Origin: Trueperaceae bacterium
Lineage (GTDB): Bacteria > Deinococcota > Deinococci > Deinococcales > Trueperaceae
NCBI GenBank assembly: GCA_965215565.1
Contig: CBDCDZ010000004.1
Location: 3,328,001-3,392,000 of the forward strand
Reading direction: 5' to 3'
Length of the DNA: 64,000 nt
Shown here: positions 37,704 through 49,112 of the stretch, one piece after another
How the letters are laid out: every line of letters starts with the position of its first letter
Position numbering within the stretch: position 1 is the first letter of the stretch
Translations under genes and position numbers: made by a program
The notes under the pieces: generated by a model
What the model was told of the DNA's origin: nothing
The model's database searches: none
What the model saw: the letters and a program-made list of their open reading frames with translations, nothing else

Positions 37704-38258
37704 CTACACCGCCATGATGTCTTCTTCTTTGGATTTGACCCTCGCGTCGATTTTGCTGATGTAGTCGTTGGTAACTTTCTGCACTTCGTTTTCGCCCTGG
37801 CGCAAGTCGTCTTCGGTCAAGAGGTTCTCTTTGTTCATCTCTTTGAGTTCGTCGTTGGCGTCGCGGCGGATGTTGCGAACCGAGACGCGGGCTTCTTCCG
37901 CCATCGTCTTCGTCGTTTTAACCAGGGTGCGGCGGCGCTCGTCGTTGAGCTGCGGCACGCTGATAAAGATGCTGTCACCTTTGTTGCTCGGGTTGAAGCC
38001 TAAATCGCTGTCGCGGATCGCCTTTTCGATGTCGGTGACGGCGCTCTTGTCGTAAGGGGTAATGAGGAGCGTGCGCGGGTCAGGGCTGGAGATGCTCGCA
38101 AGCTGATTTAAGGGAGTCGAACTGCCATAATAGTTGACCTGCACGCGGTTCAAGATGGCAGGGTTGGCGCGTCCGGTGCGCACCATGCCGATATTTTGCT
38201 CGAACGCCTCTAGCGTTTTATCCATACGCTGCCGCGTCTCTTTAAGAACTGTCTGCAT
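37704..38258 (-). CDS. frr: Ribosome recycling factor
   Basis: VRTGRANP, YYGS.TPL and VSVRNIRRD motifs. Confidence 0.97.
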   Translation of the reverse strand: MQTVLKETRQRMDKTLEAFEQNIGMVRTGRANPAILNRVQVNYYGSSTPLNQLASISSPDPRTLLITPYDKSAVTDIEKAIRDSDLGFNPSNKGDSIFISVPQLNDERRRTLVKTTKTMAEEARVSVRNIRRDANDELKEMNKENLLTEDDLRQGENEVQKVTNDYISKIDARVKSKEEDIMAV

Positions 38259-38403
38259 CGTTGCCTCCTTCTTTAGCTCGAGTCCTCAAATGTTTTGCAT
38301 ATGGCGTATGGAGTAAGAGGAGAACTCGAGCCGTCAATCTTCACCGATTATACCGCGTTACAGAAAGTTCCCGACACTGAGTTGAGCCAATATAGAGTCT
38401 CGA

Positions 38404-39701
<1,298 letters not shown>

Positions 39702-39821
39702 GTTATCTCCCCTTTCAATGTGGTTCTTGTAGTTTCTTTGACCCGTCGTCAGCGCTCAACCGAGACTCCCCCCAAGTCTCGGCGTCGCCCTGCAAGGTTG
39801 TGTACCGATCTGGCTTCAGAT

Positions 39822-40694
39822 TTAAGCGGGTTGCGTATCTTCTTGCTCGGTGGCGGGCGCAGCTTGAGTCTCTTGCGCCGCTTCGCCGCTACCCTGACCA
39901 CCGCGCTGAGCCGCTTCCGCGATGGTGCGCTCTGGCGAGGAGAGAGGCGTGGGCAGCGTCTCGCGCTGCTCGCCCTGGGCTTCTTCGCTCGGCGCTTCGC
40001 TCTCTGTCTGAGCGCCGCCGCGCACCTCGACGATCGAGTCGGCTAAGCGCGCCGTAACGAGTTGAATGGAGCGGATCGCGTCGTCGTTGCCGGGGACGAT
40101 GTAGTCGAGCACATCAGGATCGGAGTCTGTGTCAGCGAGTGCGACAACAGGGATGCCGAGCTTGTTCGCCTCGCGCACCGCGATGGCTTCTTTTGTCGGG
40201 TCGACGATGAAGAGCACGTCGGGTAAACGGTTCATCTCTTTGATGCCGCCCAAGTAGCGCTGCAGACGCAGCAGCTCTTTGCCCAACTCGATCTGCTCTT
40301 TTTTACCGTAGCGCAAGATGCTCTCGTCTTCGAACTGCTTCTCCAACTCCTTGAGCCGCTCCACGCGGCTGCGAATCGTCTTGAAGTTCGTCAGGGTGCC
40401 GCCTAGCCAACGCTCATTGAGGTACGGCATCCCGCAGCGTTTCGCCTCCGCCGCTAAAATCTCTTGCGCTTGCTTTTTAGTGCCGACGAAGAGGATGGTG
40501 CCACCTCTCGCGGCGACTTCGCGTAGATAGTTGAACGCCTTGTCCGATTCGACGAGCGTCTTTTGCAAGTCGATGATGAAGATACCGTTGCGCTCCGCGA
40601 AGATATAGCGCTTGAACTTAGGGTTCCAGCGCTTCGTCTCGTGACCGAAGTGAACCCCGGCTTCTAAAAGTTGCTTCATACCTAAATACGACAT
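39822..40694 (-). CDS. rpsB: 30S ribosomal protein S2
   Basis: [19 protein letters not shown] and PGNDDAIRS; acidic C-terminal tail. Confidence 0.98.
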   Translation of the reverse strand: MSYLGMKQLLEAGVHFGHETKRWNPKFKRYIFAERNGIFIIDLQKTLVESDKAFNYLREVAARGGTILFVGTKKQAQEILAAEAKRCGMPYLNERWLGGTLTNFKTIRSRVERLKELEKQFEDESILRYGKKEQIELGKELLRLQRYLGGIKEMNRLPDVLFIVDPTKEAIAVREANKLGIPVVALADTDSDPDVLDYIVPGNDDAIRSIQLVTARLADSIVEVRGGAQTESEAPSEEAQGEQRETLPTPLSSPERTIAEAAQRGGQGSGEAAQETQAAPATEQEDTQPA

Positions 40695-40698
40695 ACTG

Positions 40699-40777
40699 CC
40701 TCCAAAGCGGGACGTTGAGTGAGAAGTTTAGTTCAAAAATGATGGGTTGGCGCGGACATCCCGCTGCCGTGCCAACC
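40699..40777 (-). ncRNA. Structured rpsB 5' leader (S2/t44-like autoregulatory element)
   Basis: Stem 40706-40715 with 40756-40765 ends next to the GGAGG RBS. A crossing stem pairs GGTTGGC (40745-40751) with GCCAACC (40771-40777). Confidence 0.55.
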
Positions 40778-40815
40778 GTTTAGTCAACTTAGAAAGTCAA
40801 CGTTACAGAATAACG

Positions 40816-41880
40816 CTAAAGTTGGTTCAGCGCCTCTCTTGCCGATGCAAAGTCGGGATCGATTTCTAAAGCGCGTTCGTAGGCGTCTCTCGCTTTCGCT
40901 AGATCGTCTGCGCCGCCGCGTATCTCATAGGCTTGACCGAGCCAGTAGTAGGCTTCTGCGTTAGCGGGGGGCAAAAGTGCACCTTTCGTCGCTTCGGTCA
41001 CGGCTTTGTCGAGCTGGCTCTGCTGAATATACGCCCTCGCTAGATACGTGTACGCGGGCGGCAACGAGACCGCGTCGATGTCGATGACCTTTTGGAAGTA
41101 AGGGACCGACGCGCTGACCTCGTCACAGTCGAAAAGCGTGCGGGCGAGGTTGAAGTTCGCCTCGAGCAGATTTTCATCTAGCTCAACCGCTTGGCGCAAC
41201 TCGAACTCAGCGTCCTCGCAGCGGTCTAACTTGAAGTAAATATCCCCTAAATCGTTGCGAAAACTTGCGCTGTTAGGCTGCAAGACAACCGCGCGCTTAA
41301 ACGCCGTGAGCGCCTCTTCCAACGCGCCGTTGCTACGGTAAACCGCACCTAAATTTGCCTGATAATTAGGGTTGTCACTCTCCAACTGGGTGGCGTTCTC
41401 GAGGGCTGTTCTCGCGCCTTCGGCGTCGCCCTGTTCGTAGAGCAACACGCCCCTCATGTTGGAGAGCGCCGCGCTACTCTCACCCGTCTCTTCAGCGCGC
41501 TCTAAAAGGGTTAGAGCGTCACTGAGTCTGTTCGCGTAACGCTCCGGGTCGCTTTGGTACTGCTCCCTGTAAGCGTCAGCAAGTTGCACGTACGCGCTCA
41601 ACTCGTCGGGGTAGGTGTCGATGATGTTCTGGTACTCTTCGATGCCCAGCTCTAGCGCGCCCTGACAGACGAGCGCTTGCCCCTTACCGAGCATCGCGGC
41701 TGCGTTGTCCGGTTCTTTTTCCAACGCTCGCTGAAAGAGGTACTGCGACGTCAAGCAGTCCCCCGTGGCGTAGTAGAAATCCCCTTGTTGCAGCAACTCC
41801 TCAGTGGAGAGGTCACCCGTTCCCTGCGCGAACGAGGTCGCGAGAAGTAGGAGCGAGATTAAGCTTAAAGCGCGCATCAT
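40816..41880 (-). CDS. Exported tetratricopeptide-repeat protein
   Basis: Signal peptide MMRALSLISLLLLATSFA and multiple TPR units; GGAGG upstream. Confidence 0.88.
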   Translation of the reverse strand: MMRALSLISLLLLATSFAQGTGDLSTEELLQQGDFYYATGDCLTSQYLFQRALEKEPDNAAAMLGKGQALVCQGALELGIEEYQNIIDTYPDELSAYVQLADAYREQYQSDPERYANRLSDALTLLERAEETGESSAALSNMRGVLLYEQGDAEGARTALENATQLESDNPNYQANLGAVYRSNGALEEALTAFKRAVVLQPNSASFRNDLGDIYFKLDRCEDAEFELRQAVELDENLLEANFNLARTLFDCDEVSASVPYFQKVIDIDAVSLPPAYTYLARAYIQQSQLDKAVTEATKGALLPPANAEAYYWLGQAYEIRGGADDLAKARDAYERALEIDPDFASAREALNQL

Positions 41881-42226
41881 CACAGTTCTGTCCTCCAACA
41901 GCGTCGCTAGCGGATAGCAGACCCGCAAGCAAACCGTATTAGTCTAACAGCCAGACGCTTCTCAAGCAAGCGCAGTGCTTCCATCATGCAGTGCGTCCAT
42001 CATGACGAGCCTGCGTGAGATGGGTGTGTGCCTCCCCTTTACCATTTGGTCACGTTACTCGGTATTGAGTGCGCCCTGAGTATACCCCTTCGCCAGTCTA
42101 GAGGTGAGCGCGCTTAGTGGAGGTAGTCGTCCAAACGAGCTTGACGGCGTCACCCCGTGCTGGGTGTTTGGCAAGCGCCGAGGTCGTCGGGGTGGGCGAG
42201 GACGGCGAGAAGGCGCAGGGCTAAAC

Positions 42227-42754
42227 TCAGGCGCTGTTGGAGCCCATATCGAGTAGAAGCTGCAGGAACTGATGCTGAAAGAACATCACCGTGACGCCGA
42301 AGGCGATGTGGCTGATGATCTGCGAGATGACGAGGATGAAGCGCTCGCGAAACCTCTCCAAAGGATGGTGCTCAATGACAACGATGGTCACCAAAAAGCC
42401 TACCAAAATACCGTGACCCAGACCGAGCGCGAGACCGAGCACCGGATAGAAGAGGTTGAGTTCGACGGGAAAGCCCGGAAAGATAACAAGCTCTGGCACA
42501 GGAAAGCCCGAGGTCATGAGCGCCATGACGGTCCAACCGTAGAAGATAGAGAAGAGGATGCCGCCTGTAAAATAGATGATGCTACCCAAAAAGCGCGAAC
42601 GCCCGTCGACTTGCCGTGTGATCGCTGAGCCCAGCGCGCCCAGCACATCATAGAAGTCTCCGTTCCAAGTGAGCGGTAAGTACAAAAAAAAGACCATGAC
42701 CGAGGTGGCGATAAAGCCAGCGGCAACTGATGAGAGCAGCAGAGGTAAGAGCAT
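42227..42754 (-). CDS. Hypothetical integral membrane protein (~4 TM helices)
   Basis: 175-aa hydrophobic ORF with several His residues; AGGAGG RBS; divergent from the cta cluster. Confidence 0.8.
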   Translation of the reverse strand: MLLPLLLSSVAAGFIATSVMVFFLYLPLTWNGDFYDVLGALGSAITRQVDGRSRFLGSIIYFTGGILFSIFYGWTVMALMTSGFPVPELVIFPGFPVELNLFYPVLGLALGLGHGILVGFLVTIVVIEHHPLERFRERFILVISQIISHIAFGVTVMFFQHQFLQLLLDMGSNSA

Positions 42755-43143
42755 AGTGCCTCCTAAAGAATGTTAGGCAGAGTATGACACAAAACGAATG
42801 CTCAAAAAGGGGACCGTGACCTGTGTCTCGGGCTGGACGCGGGTACGACGTAGGTGCGTGGAGGCGAACCCTGAAAACGTGCTCCCGCATCATGATAGCG
42901 GGCCGAGCACGTGGTACGCTTAACCCTAAGTAGGGCTCGAGCATGAGCCTACGTGAAACAGAGTTCCCAACACGCTAAAAGCCTCATCATAGACACGTCT
43001 TAACGGGCGCGGGAGGGGACAATTGTCCTAGAGGTGAGTGGCGTCTGAGTCCGTATACTAAGGTACAAAGGCGAGCGAGTATAGCTGAGTTATACCGGGA
43101 GTTAAGAGATGATAGTAAAGCAAATACAAAGTGAAGCGCGCGC

Positions 43144-44163
43144 GTGTTGAAGCGTTTGCGTGCAGGGGTCCCTATAGGTACGCTAGCGTTGACCGCACTC
43201 TTCGTCAACCTCGTCGTGATCTTGCAGGGCGCGGTGGTTCGCGCGACGGGCTCCGGGGCGGGTTGCGGCAGCCACTGGCCGCTCTGTAACGGCGAAGTCG
43301 TACCGCTCGCGCCCAGCACCGAGACGCTCATCGAGTTCTCCCACCGCCTGCTCTCGCTCGGCGCGCTCCTCGTCGGCGCGTGGCTCCTGCTCGCCGCGTG
43401 GCGTTTGCGTAAAGAGAGACCCGCGCTCTGGGGCGCGGCGCTCGCCTCGTTCGTCTTCCTCATCTTTGAGGCGCTCTTAGGCGCGGCGACGGTGCTGCTC
43501 GGCTTGACAGGCGACAATACGACGGTGGGGCGCGGGCTGATGGTCGCCGCGCACCTCGTCAACTCACTGCTTCTCGTCGGAGCACTCACCGCGACGGTCG
43601 TGTATGCGAGGGACAAAACGCTCGGTTCACCCAAGCTGCGCGGACAAGGGATGCTCGCTACCGTGCTCGGCGTCGGTTTAGTCGGGATGCTCGTGCTGAG
43701 TTTTTCGGGCGGCATCGCGGCGATGGGCAACACGATGTTTCCTTCCGAAAGTCTTGCGGAGGGGTTGGCGGCTGACTTCGATGCGTCCTCGCACCTCTTG
43801 ATTCGCCTGCGCATTCTGCACCCGCTCATCGCGATCACCGTCGGCGTGTACCTCTTCTTGAGCCTAGGGCTGAGTTGGTGGCTCAAGCCCGTGCTCAAAG
43901 CGAAGCGACTCGCCCAGACGCTGCTCGGCGTCTATATCGTTCAGCTCGTCATCGGCAGCGCCAACCTCGCCTTTCTCGCGCCCACCGTCTTACAGCTCGC
44001 GCACCTCTTTACCGCCGTGCTCGCTTTTGGCTTGCTCGCGGCCCTGAGCGTCTACGCCTTGGGAAGCCCTGCTACTGTCATAAGCCCTTCGTTTAACTCT
44101 CGAGCCGAACCCCACGCTGAGTCACCCCATGCCAAGTCATACGCTAAGAAAGCGGTGAGATGA
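43144..44163 (+). CDS. ctaA: Heme A synthase (COX15/CtaA)
   Basis: GAVVRATGSGAGCGSHWPLCNG and IEFSHR, with further TM His residues. Confidence 0.92.
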   Translation: MLKRLRAGVPIGTLALTALFVNLVVILQGAVVRATGSGAGCGSHWPLCNGEVVPLAPSTETLIEFSHRLLSLGALLVGAWLLLAAWRLRKERPALWGAALASFVFLIFEALLGAATVLLGLTGDNTTVGRGLMVAAHLVNSLLLVGALTATVVYARDKTLGSPKLRGQGMLATVLGVGLVGMLVLSFSGGIAAMGNTMFPSESLAEGLAADFDASSHLLIRLRILHPLIAITVGVYLFLSLGLSWWLKPVLKAKRLAQTLLGVYIVQLVIGSANLAFLAPTVLQLAHLFTAVLAFGLLAALSVYALGSPATVISPSFNSRAEPHAESPHAKSYAKKAVR

Positions 44164-45098
44164 GCCAATCCACACGAACGCAATCCGCTCCAGTCGCGCC
44201 CGCGCCGACTGCTAAGGCAACGTGGCGTGACTACGTCACGCTGACGAAACCGAAAGTCATCAGCTTGCTTCTCTTTACGACGGTCGGCGCGATGTTCGTG
44301 GCGGCGCGAGGCTTCCCTGGGCTCGTCCCGCTGCTCGGCGTGCTCGTAGGGGGGTACATGTCGGCGGGGGCGGCGGGCGTCTTCAACATGGTGTACGACA
44401 GCGACATCGACGTGCGGATGCGCCGCACCGCGAAGCGCCCCACTGTTACGTCTGTGATCTCAAACTTGCACGCGCTTCTTTTTGCTGCGGTTCTCACGCT
44501 CGGCTCGTTCGCCATTATCGCGCTCACCTCCACGGTTTTAGCGGCGCTCCTCTCCTGGGCGGGCATCGCGTTTTACGTCATTATCTACACGATGTGGCTC
44601 AAGAGGAGCACCTGGCAAAATATCGTCATCGGCGGCGCGGCGGGCGCGATTCCGCCCCTCGTTGGCTGGGCGGCGGTCACCGGCGAGCTTAGCCTCTTGG
44701 CGTGGTTTTTGTTCGGACTCGTCTTTCTCTGGACGCCCGTCCACTTCTGGGCGTTGGCGCTCATGATCAAAGACGACTACGCAGCGGTGGGCGTGCCGAT
44801 GGCTCCCGTCGTTATCGGTGAGCGGGCTACCGTGATGCAGATGGTTATGTACGCGGTACTCACTGTGGTACTCACCCTCATCCCCTTCGCGCTTCACGAG
44901 TTCAGCGTTGCGTACTTTCTTGCAGCCTTGTTACTGAATATCGTGTTACTTGTGCGTGTTGCGCGGCTCTTCGTGCTGGCGCGCAACGATGAGCCGATCG
45001 ACCGCCCTACCGCCCTAAGCCTCTACAAATATTCGATGTCGTACTTAGCTCTAATCTTCTTGACGATGGCGCTAGACCGCGCCTTCACCTCACTGTAA
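44160..45098 (+). CDS. ctaB: Heme O synthase (protoheme IX farnesyltransferase)
   Basis: LTKPKVI, D.DID..M.RT.KRP, NIVIGGAAGA and WTPVHFWAL. Confidence 0.96.
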   Translation: MSQSTRTQSAPVAPAPTAKATWRDYVTLTKPKVISLLLFTTVGAMFVAARGFPGLVPLLGVLVGGYMSAGAAGVFNMVYDSDIDVRMRRTAKRPTVTSVISNLHALLFAAVLTLGSFAIIALTSTVLAALLSWAGIAFYVIIYTMWLKRSTWQNIVIGGAAGAIPPLVGWAAVTGELSLLAWFLFGLVFLWTPVHFWALALMIKDDYAAVGVPMAPVVIGERATVMQMVMYAVLTVVLTLIPFALHEFSVAYFLAALLLNIVLLVRVARLFVLARNDEPIDRPTALSLYKYSMSYLALIFLTMALDRAFTSL

Positions 45099-45103
45099 CG
45101 GGA

Positions 45104-46273
45104 GTGTTTGTGAAATATTTCAGAGTTTTACCCTTTTTATTCGCGCTGCCTTTCGCTTTCGCAGCGACGGACGAGGGACCTTACCGGTTGCCCGTCCCGA
45201 ATATTCTCAACCCGGCGTCGCCGCAAGGCGAGGAGATCGCGGGGCTATTCTGGCTCGTCGTCGGTTTTAGCATCTTTGTGATGATCATCGTCACTGCCTT
45301 TATGATCGCGGGCATCGTCGGCGGGATGCGTGACCGCGACGTGCATTCCGACAAGGAACCCCCGCAGACGCACGGCAACTTGAAGCTCGAGGTAGCCTGG
45401 ACCGTCATCCCGCTCATTATTTTAGCCGTGTTGCTCGTACCCACGCTAGCTTCTATCTACAACTTAGACGCGATCTCCGCCCCTGACGACGCAATCGAGG
45501 TGAACGTCGTCGGGCAGCAGTTCTGGTGGGAGATGGTGTATTTGGATGAAGAGGTCGTGACTGCCAATGAGTTGGTCGTCCCCGTAGGGCGCGCCGTCAA
45601 AGTCAATCTCGCCTCGGAAGACGTGATGCACTCCTTCTGGATTCCGCAGATGGCGGGCAAAGTCGACCTCATCCCCGGCAACAAGCGCACGCTCTACTTC
45701 ACGGCTGAAAAAGAGGGCGTCTACTACGGTCAATGCGCCGAGCTATGTGGTGACTCGCACGCGAACATGAGGTTGCGCGTTGTGGCGATGCCCCAGGAGG
45801 AGTACAACGCTTGGGCAGTTGCAGCGAGGCAGCCCGCAGAGGTTGCGACGCAGGTCTCTGCGCAGAGTCCATTGGTGCAAGAGGGTAGCCAGCTCTTCAT
45901 CTCGAAGGGTTGCGTCAACTGCCACGCGGTGCAGGGCGTCAACACGTATAACCGCGTCGGACCCGACCTCTCGCACATCGGCAGCCGCACGAGCATCGCA
46001 GCGGGAATGCTGGAGAACACGCCCGAGAACATGATCCGCTGGCTCCGCTACACGGACACGGTCAAGCCGGGCGTCGCCATGCCCAATTTAGGCTTGACGC
46101 AAGAGGAAGCGGAGGCGTTGACAGCGTATCTCGAGACGCTCACCTTGCCCGACGTTGACGAGCGCTCCATGATGGACCTAGAAGACGCTGCTGTACCCAA
46201 CGGTGCTCCAAACAATGCACCGAACACCGCCACTATAGACGCTAATTCTCTGACCTCGAGGGGGGATCAATGA
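45104..46273 (+). CDS. ctaC: Cytochrome caa3 oxidase subunit II (CuA plus fused cytochrome c)
   Basis: CuA ligands DVMHSFW and CAELCGDSHANM; heme c motif CVNCH. Confidence 0.95.
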   Translation: MFVKYFRVLPFLFALPFAFAATDEGPYRLPVPNILNPASPQGEEIAGLFWLVVGFSIFVMIIVTAFMIAGIVGGMRDRDVHSDKEPPQTHGNLKLEVAWTVIPLIILAVLLVPTLASIYNLDAISAPDDAIEVNVVGQQFWWEMVYLDEEVVTANELVVPVGRAVKVNLASEDVMHSFWIPQMAGKVDLIPGNKRTLYFTAEKEGVYYGQCAELCGDSHANMRLRVVAMPQEEYNAWAVAARQPAEVATQVSAQSPLVQEGSQLFISKGCVNCHAVQGVNTYNRVGPDLSHIGSRTSIAAGMLENTPENMIRWLRYTDTVKPGVAMPNLGLTQEEAEALTAYLETLTLPDVDERSMMDLEDAAVPNGAPNNAPNTATIDANSLTSRGDQ

Positions 46274-49035
46274 GCAGTATTTCCGCAGGGCAGAGCGCGC
46301 AGGAGAGCCGCTCTAAACCCGTCTGGCTAGACCTCTTAACCACCGTTGACCACAAGAAGATCGGGCTCATGTATCTCGTCACTTCTTTTGTCTTCTTCGG
46401 CATCGGCGGCATCGAAGCGCTCCTCATCCGCCTGCAGCTCTCGCGCCCGAACATGGACGTGTTGGTCGGCGAATTTTACAATCAGATTTTGACCGCGCAC
46501 GGCACGACGATGCAGTTCTTGTTCATTATCCCTATCGCGGCGGCCTTCGGCAACTACTTCATCCCGCTGATGATCGGCGCGCGTGATATGGCGCTGCCAC
46601 GCATGAACGCCTTCGGCTACTGGCTCTACCTCTTCGGCGGTTTGCTCATCTATTCCGCACCACTTTTTGGCGGCTTCTCCGAGGGTGGCTGGGTCTCGTA
46701 CTTCCCGTTCTCGAGTTCGGATTATCAGGTCGGCGCAGGGATGGACACCTGGATTCTAGGCCTGCAGCTCGTCGGCTTCTCCTCTATATTCGCGGGCATC
46801 AACTTCATCGTCACGATTGTGAACCTCCGCACGCCGGGCATGGGCTGGCGGCAACTGCCGATGTTCGGCTGGACGATTCTCGCCACCTCGTTCTTGCAGG
46901 TCTTGGCGACGCCCGGCATCACCGCCGCAACGATGATGACCTTTTTAGACCGCACCATCGGTATCAGCTTGTTCAACCCTGCTATCGGCGGCGATCCCGT
47001 CTTATATCAGCACCTCTTCTGGTTCTACTCGCACCCGGCTGTCTACATCATGGTGCTGCCCTGGTTCGGCATCGTCTCAGAAATCTTGCCGACCTTCACG
47101 CGCAAGCCGATTTTCGGCTACACCGCGTTGGCGGGCGCGACGATGGGCATCGCTCTAGTTAGCTACCTCGTGTGGGCGCACCACATGTTCACCTCGATGG
47201 GCAGCCCCTTGATGAACTCGGTTTTCGCCTTTACCACGATGCTCGTGGCTGTTCCCACCGGCGTTAAAATCTTCAACTGGCTCGCCACGATTTGGAAGGG
47301 TAAGATCGTCTTCAACACCGCGATGCTCATGTCGCTGGGCTTCATCTTCCTCTTCACGGTGGGCGGCATCTCGGGTGTGGCGCTCGCCATCGTGCCCTTC
47401 ACCTGGCAGATGCACGACTCCTACTTCGTCGTCGCGCACTTCCACAACATCTTGATCGGCGGCTCCATCTTCATCGTGATGGCGGCGGTTTTCTACTGGT
47501 TCCCTAAGATGACGGGTAAGTTTCTAGACGAGCGCATGGGCAAGTGGCTCTTCGGGCTCTGGTTCGTGGGTTTCATGGTGACCTACTTCCCGCAGTACAT
47601 TCTGGGTCTTTTAGGGATGCCGCGCCGCATCTACACCTACGCGGAGGGCATCGGCTGGGAGATTTGGAACGGACTCTCGTCCTTGGGCTCGCTCATGTTA
47701 GCGGCTGGCTTCTTGCTCTTCATTTACAACGTCGTCGTGAGCTTGCGCGGACCTAAAACTGCTGGGCCTAACCCCTGGAAGTACGGCTACACGCTCGAGT
47801 GGGCTACTACCAGCCCCCCCGCCGAATACAACTTCGGCGTCGAACTCCCAACCGAATTTCGCAGTGAACGCCCCTTATACGACTGGCAGAAGATGGGCTT
47901 ATGGCCTGTCGGTGAAGAGGCAACCTTACGCCCCTCGGACATCCACCTGCCGAACCCGAGCATTTGGCCCTTCATCACCTCAGTAGGTCTGACGGTCTTT
48001 TTAGCCGGCTTGGTCATGCAAGGACCGCTCTGGATTGCGGGTCTCGGCATGTCGCTCTTCGCAATGGTGCTGTGGGCGCGAGAGCAAGCCTTTGAGAGCG
48101 AAGAGGTCGAGCTAGAGGTCGAGCATCATAACCGCACCAAAATGGGCAACGGCATGATGGCGACGTACTGGTTTTTGGGCTCGGAAGCCGCGCTCTTCGC
48201 GATGGTCTTCTCCGCGTACTTCTACCTCTACTTCACGGGGCGCTTCGCCTTCCCCGAGGAGTTGCCCTCGGTGACGCTGGCGCTGCTGAACACGCTCTTC
48301 TTGGTCTCGAGTTCGATCACCGTCCACGTCGCGCACCACGACCTCATGCACGACAAGCGCAAGACTTTTTTGGGACTCCTGGGCGCGACGCTAGGTTTCG
48401 GTGCGATCTTCTTGGGCATCACGGGCATCGAGTGGGCTGAGATACTCTCCCACATCGATCCGCGCGAGAACCTCTATTACTCCACCTTTTTCGCCATCAC
48501 GGGTTTGCACATGCTCCACGTCGTCATCGGGCTCTTCATGCTAGCTGTCGCCTTTGTAAGAGGAATGCGCGGCGCGTACTCGCCCAAAATTCACGCGGGC
48601 GTCTCTGCGCCCGTCGCGTATTGGCATATGGTCGATGTCGTTTGGATTTTCGTCCTTCTGTTCGTCTACGTCTTGCCGATCTTCTACAAAGGACCGAGCG
48701 AAGTCGTCAACGTGACCGACCCCTTCGCGGTTTACATGGAGGATTCCTTCGTACCCGATGAGCCGGGCGCAACTGAGATGGGTATTCCCGTCATTCCCGA
48801 CTCCACGATAGAGGGTGCAGGCGGTCCCGGCAAGCCCGCGCAGACCTCGCCGGGACGCCCCGAAGTTGTCACGCCCGGACCCGAGGTCGAGTCGGTCGAG
48901 CCGACTAACGAATCCGCCCCTGCTGAAACCGCGCCGCCCGCCACTGGAGAAACGGCAGCACCGACCGTCGAGGAGCCCGTCCCCAACTCCGAGCAGAACA
49001 TCCAAGAAGAACCGCAGGGCGCACCGGGCAACTAG
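46270..49035 (+). CDS. ctaD: Cytochrome c oxidase subunit I+III fusion (A2-type)
   Basis: TVDHKKIG, FWFYSHPAVY, WAHH and VVAHFH, then subunit III motifs (FLGSEAALF, TGLHMLHV, YWHMVDVVW). Confidence 0.95.
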   Translation: MSSISAGQSAQESRSKPVWLDLLTTVDHKKIGLMYLVTSFVFFGIGGIEALLIRLQLSRPNMDVLVGEFYNQILTAHGTTMQFLFIIPIAAAFGNYFIPLMIGARDMALPRMNAFGYWLYLFGGLLIYSAPLFGGFSEGGWVSYFPFSSSDYQVGAGMDTWILGLQLVGFSSIFAGINFIVTIVNLRTPGMGWRQLPMFGWTILATSFLQVLATPGITAATMMTFLDRTIGISLFNPAIGGDPVLYQHLFWFYSHPAVYIMVLPWFGIVSEILPTFTRKPIFGYTALAGATMGIALVSYLVWAHHMFTSMGSPLMNSVFAFTTMLVAVPTGVKIFNWLATIWKGKIVFNTAMLMSLGFIFLFTVGGISGVALAIVPFTWQMHDSYFVVAHFHNILIGGSIFIVMAAVFYWFPKMTGKFLDERMGKWLFGLWFVGFMVTYFPQYILGLLGMPRRIYTYAEGIGWEIWNGLSSLGSLMLAAGFLLFIYNVVVSLRGPKTAGPNPWKYGYTLEWATTSPPAEYNFGVELPTEFRSERPLYDWQKMGLWPVGEEATLRPSDIHLPNPSIWPFITSVGLTVFLAGLVMQGPLWIAGLGMSLFAMVLWAREQAFESEEVELEVEHHNRTKMGNGMMATYWFLGSEAALFAMVFSAYFYLYFTGRFAFPEELPSVTLALLNTLFLVSSSITVHVAHHDLMHDKRKTFLGLLGATLGFGAIFLGITGIEWAEILSHIDPRENLYYSTFFAITGLHMLHVVIGLFMLAVAFVRGMRGAYSPKIHAGVSAPVAYWHMVDVVWIFVLLFVYVLPIFYKGPSEVVNVTDPFAVYMEDSFVPDEPGATEMGIPVIPDSTIEGAGGPGKPAQTSPGRPEVVTPGPEVESVEPTNESAPAETAPPATGETAAPTVEEPVPNSEQNIQEEPQGAPGN

Positions 49036-49061
49036 TCGCTCGTCGTTAGAGTGACATTCAC

Positions 49062-49105
49062 GAGAGGGCTGCACGGAACTAAATCCTGTGCAGCCCTCTC
49101 TTTTT
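49062..49105 (+). terminator. Intrinsic terminator after the oxidase genes
   Basis: GAGAGGGCTGCAC...GTGCAGCCCTCTC followed by TTTTT. Confidence 0.8.
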
Positions 49106-49112
49106 AGGAGCT

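Noticed and set aside
42987..43898. 303-aa minus-strand ORF
   Set aside because: Antisense shadow of ctaA, typical of high-GC DNA.
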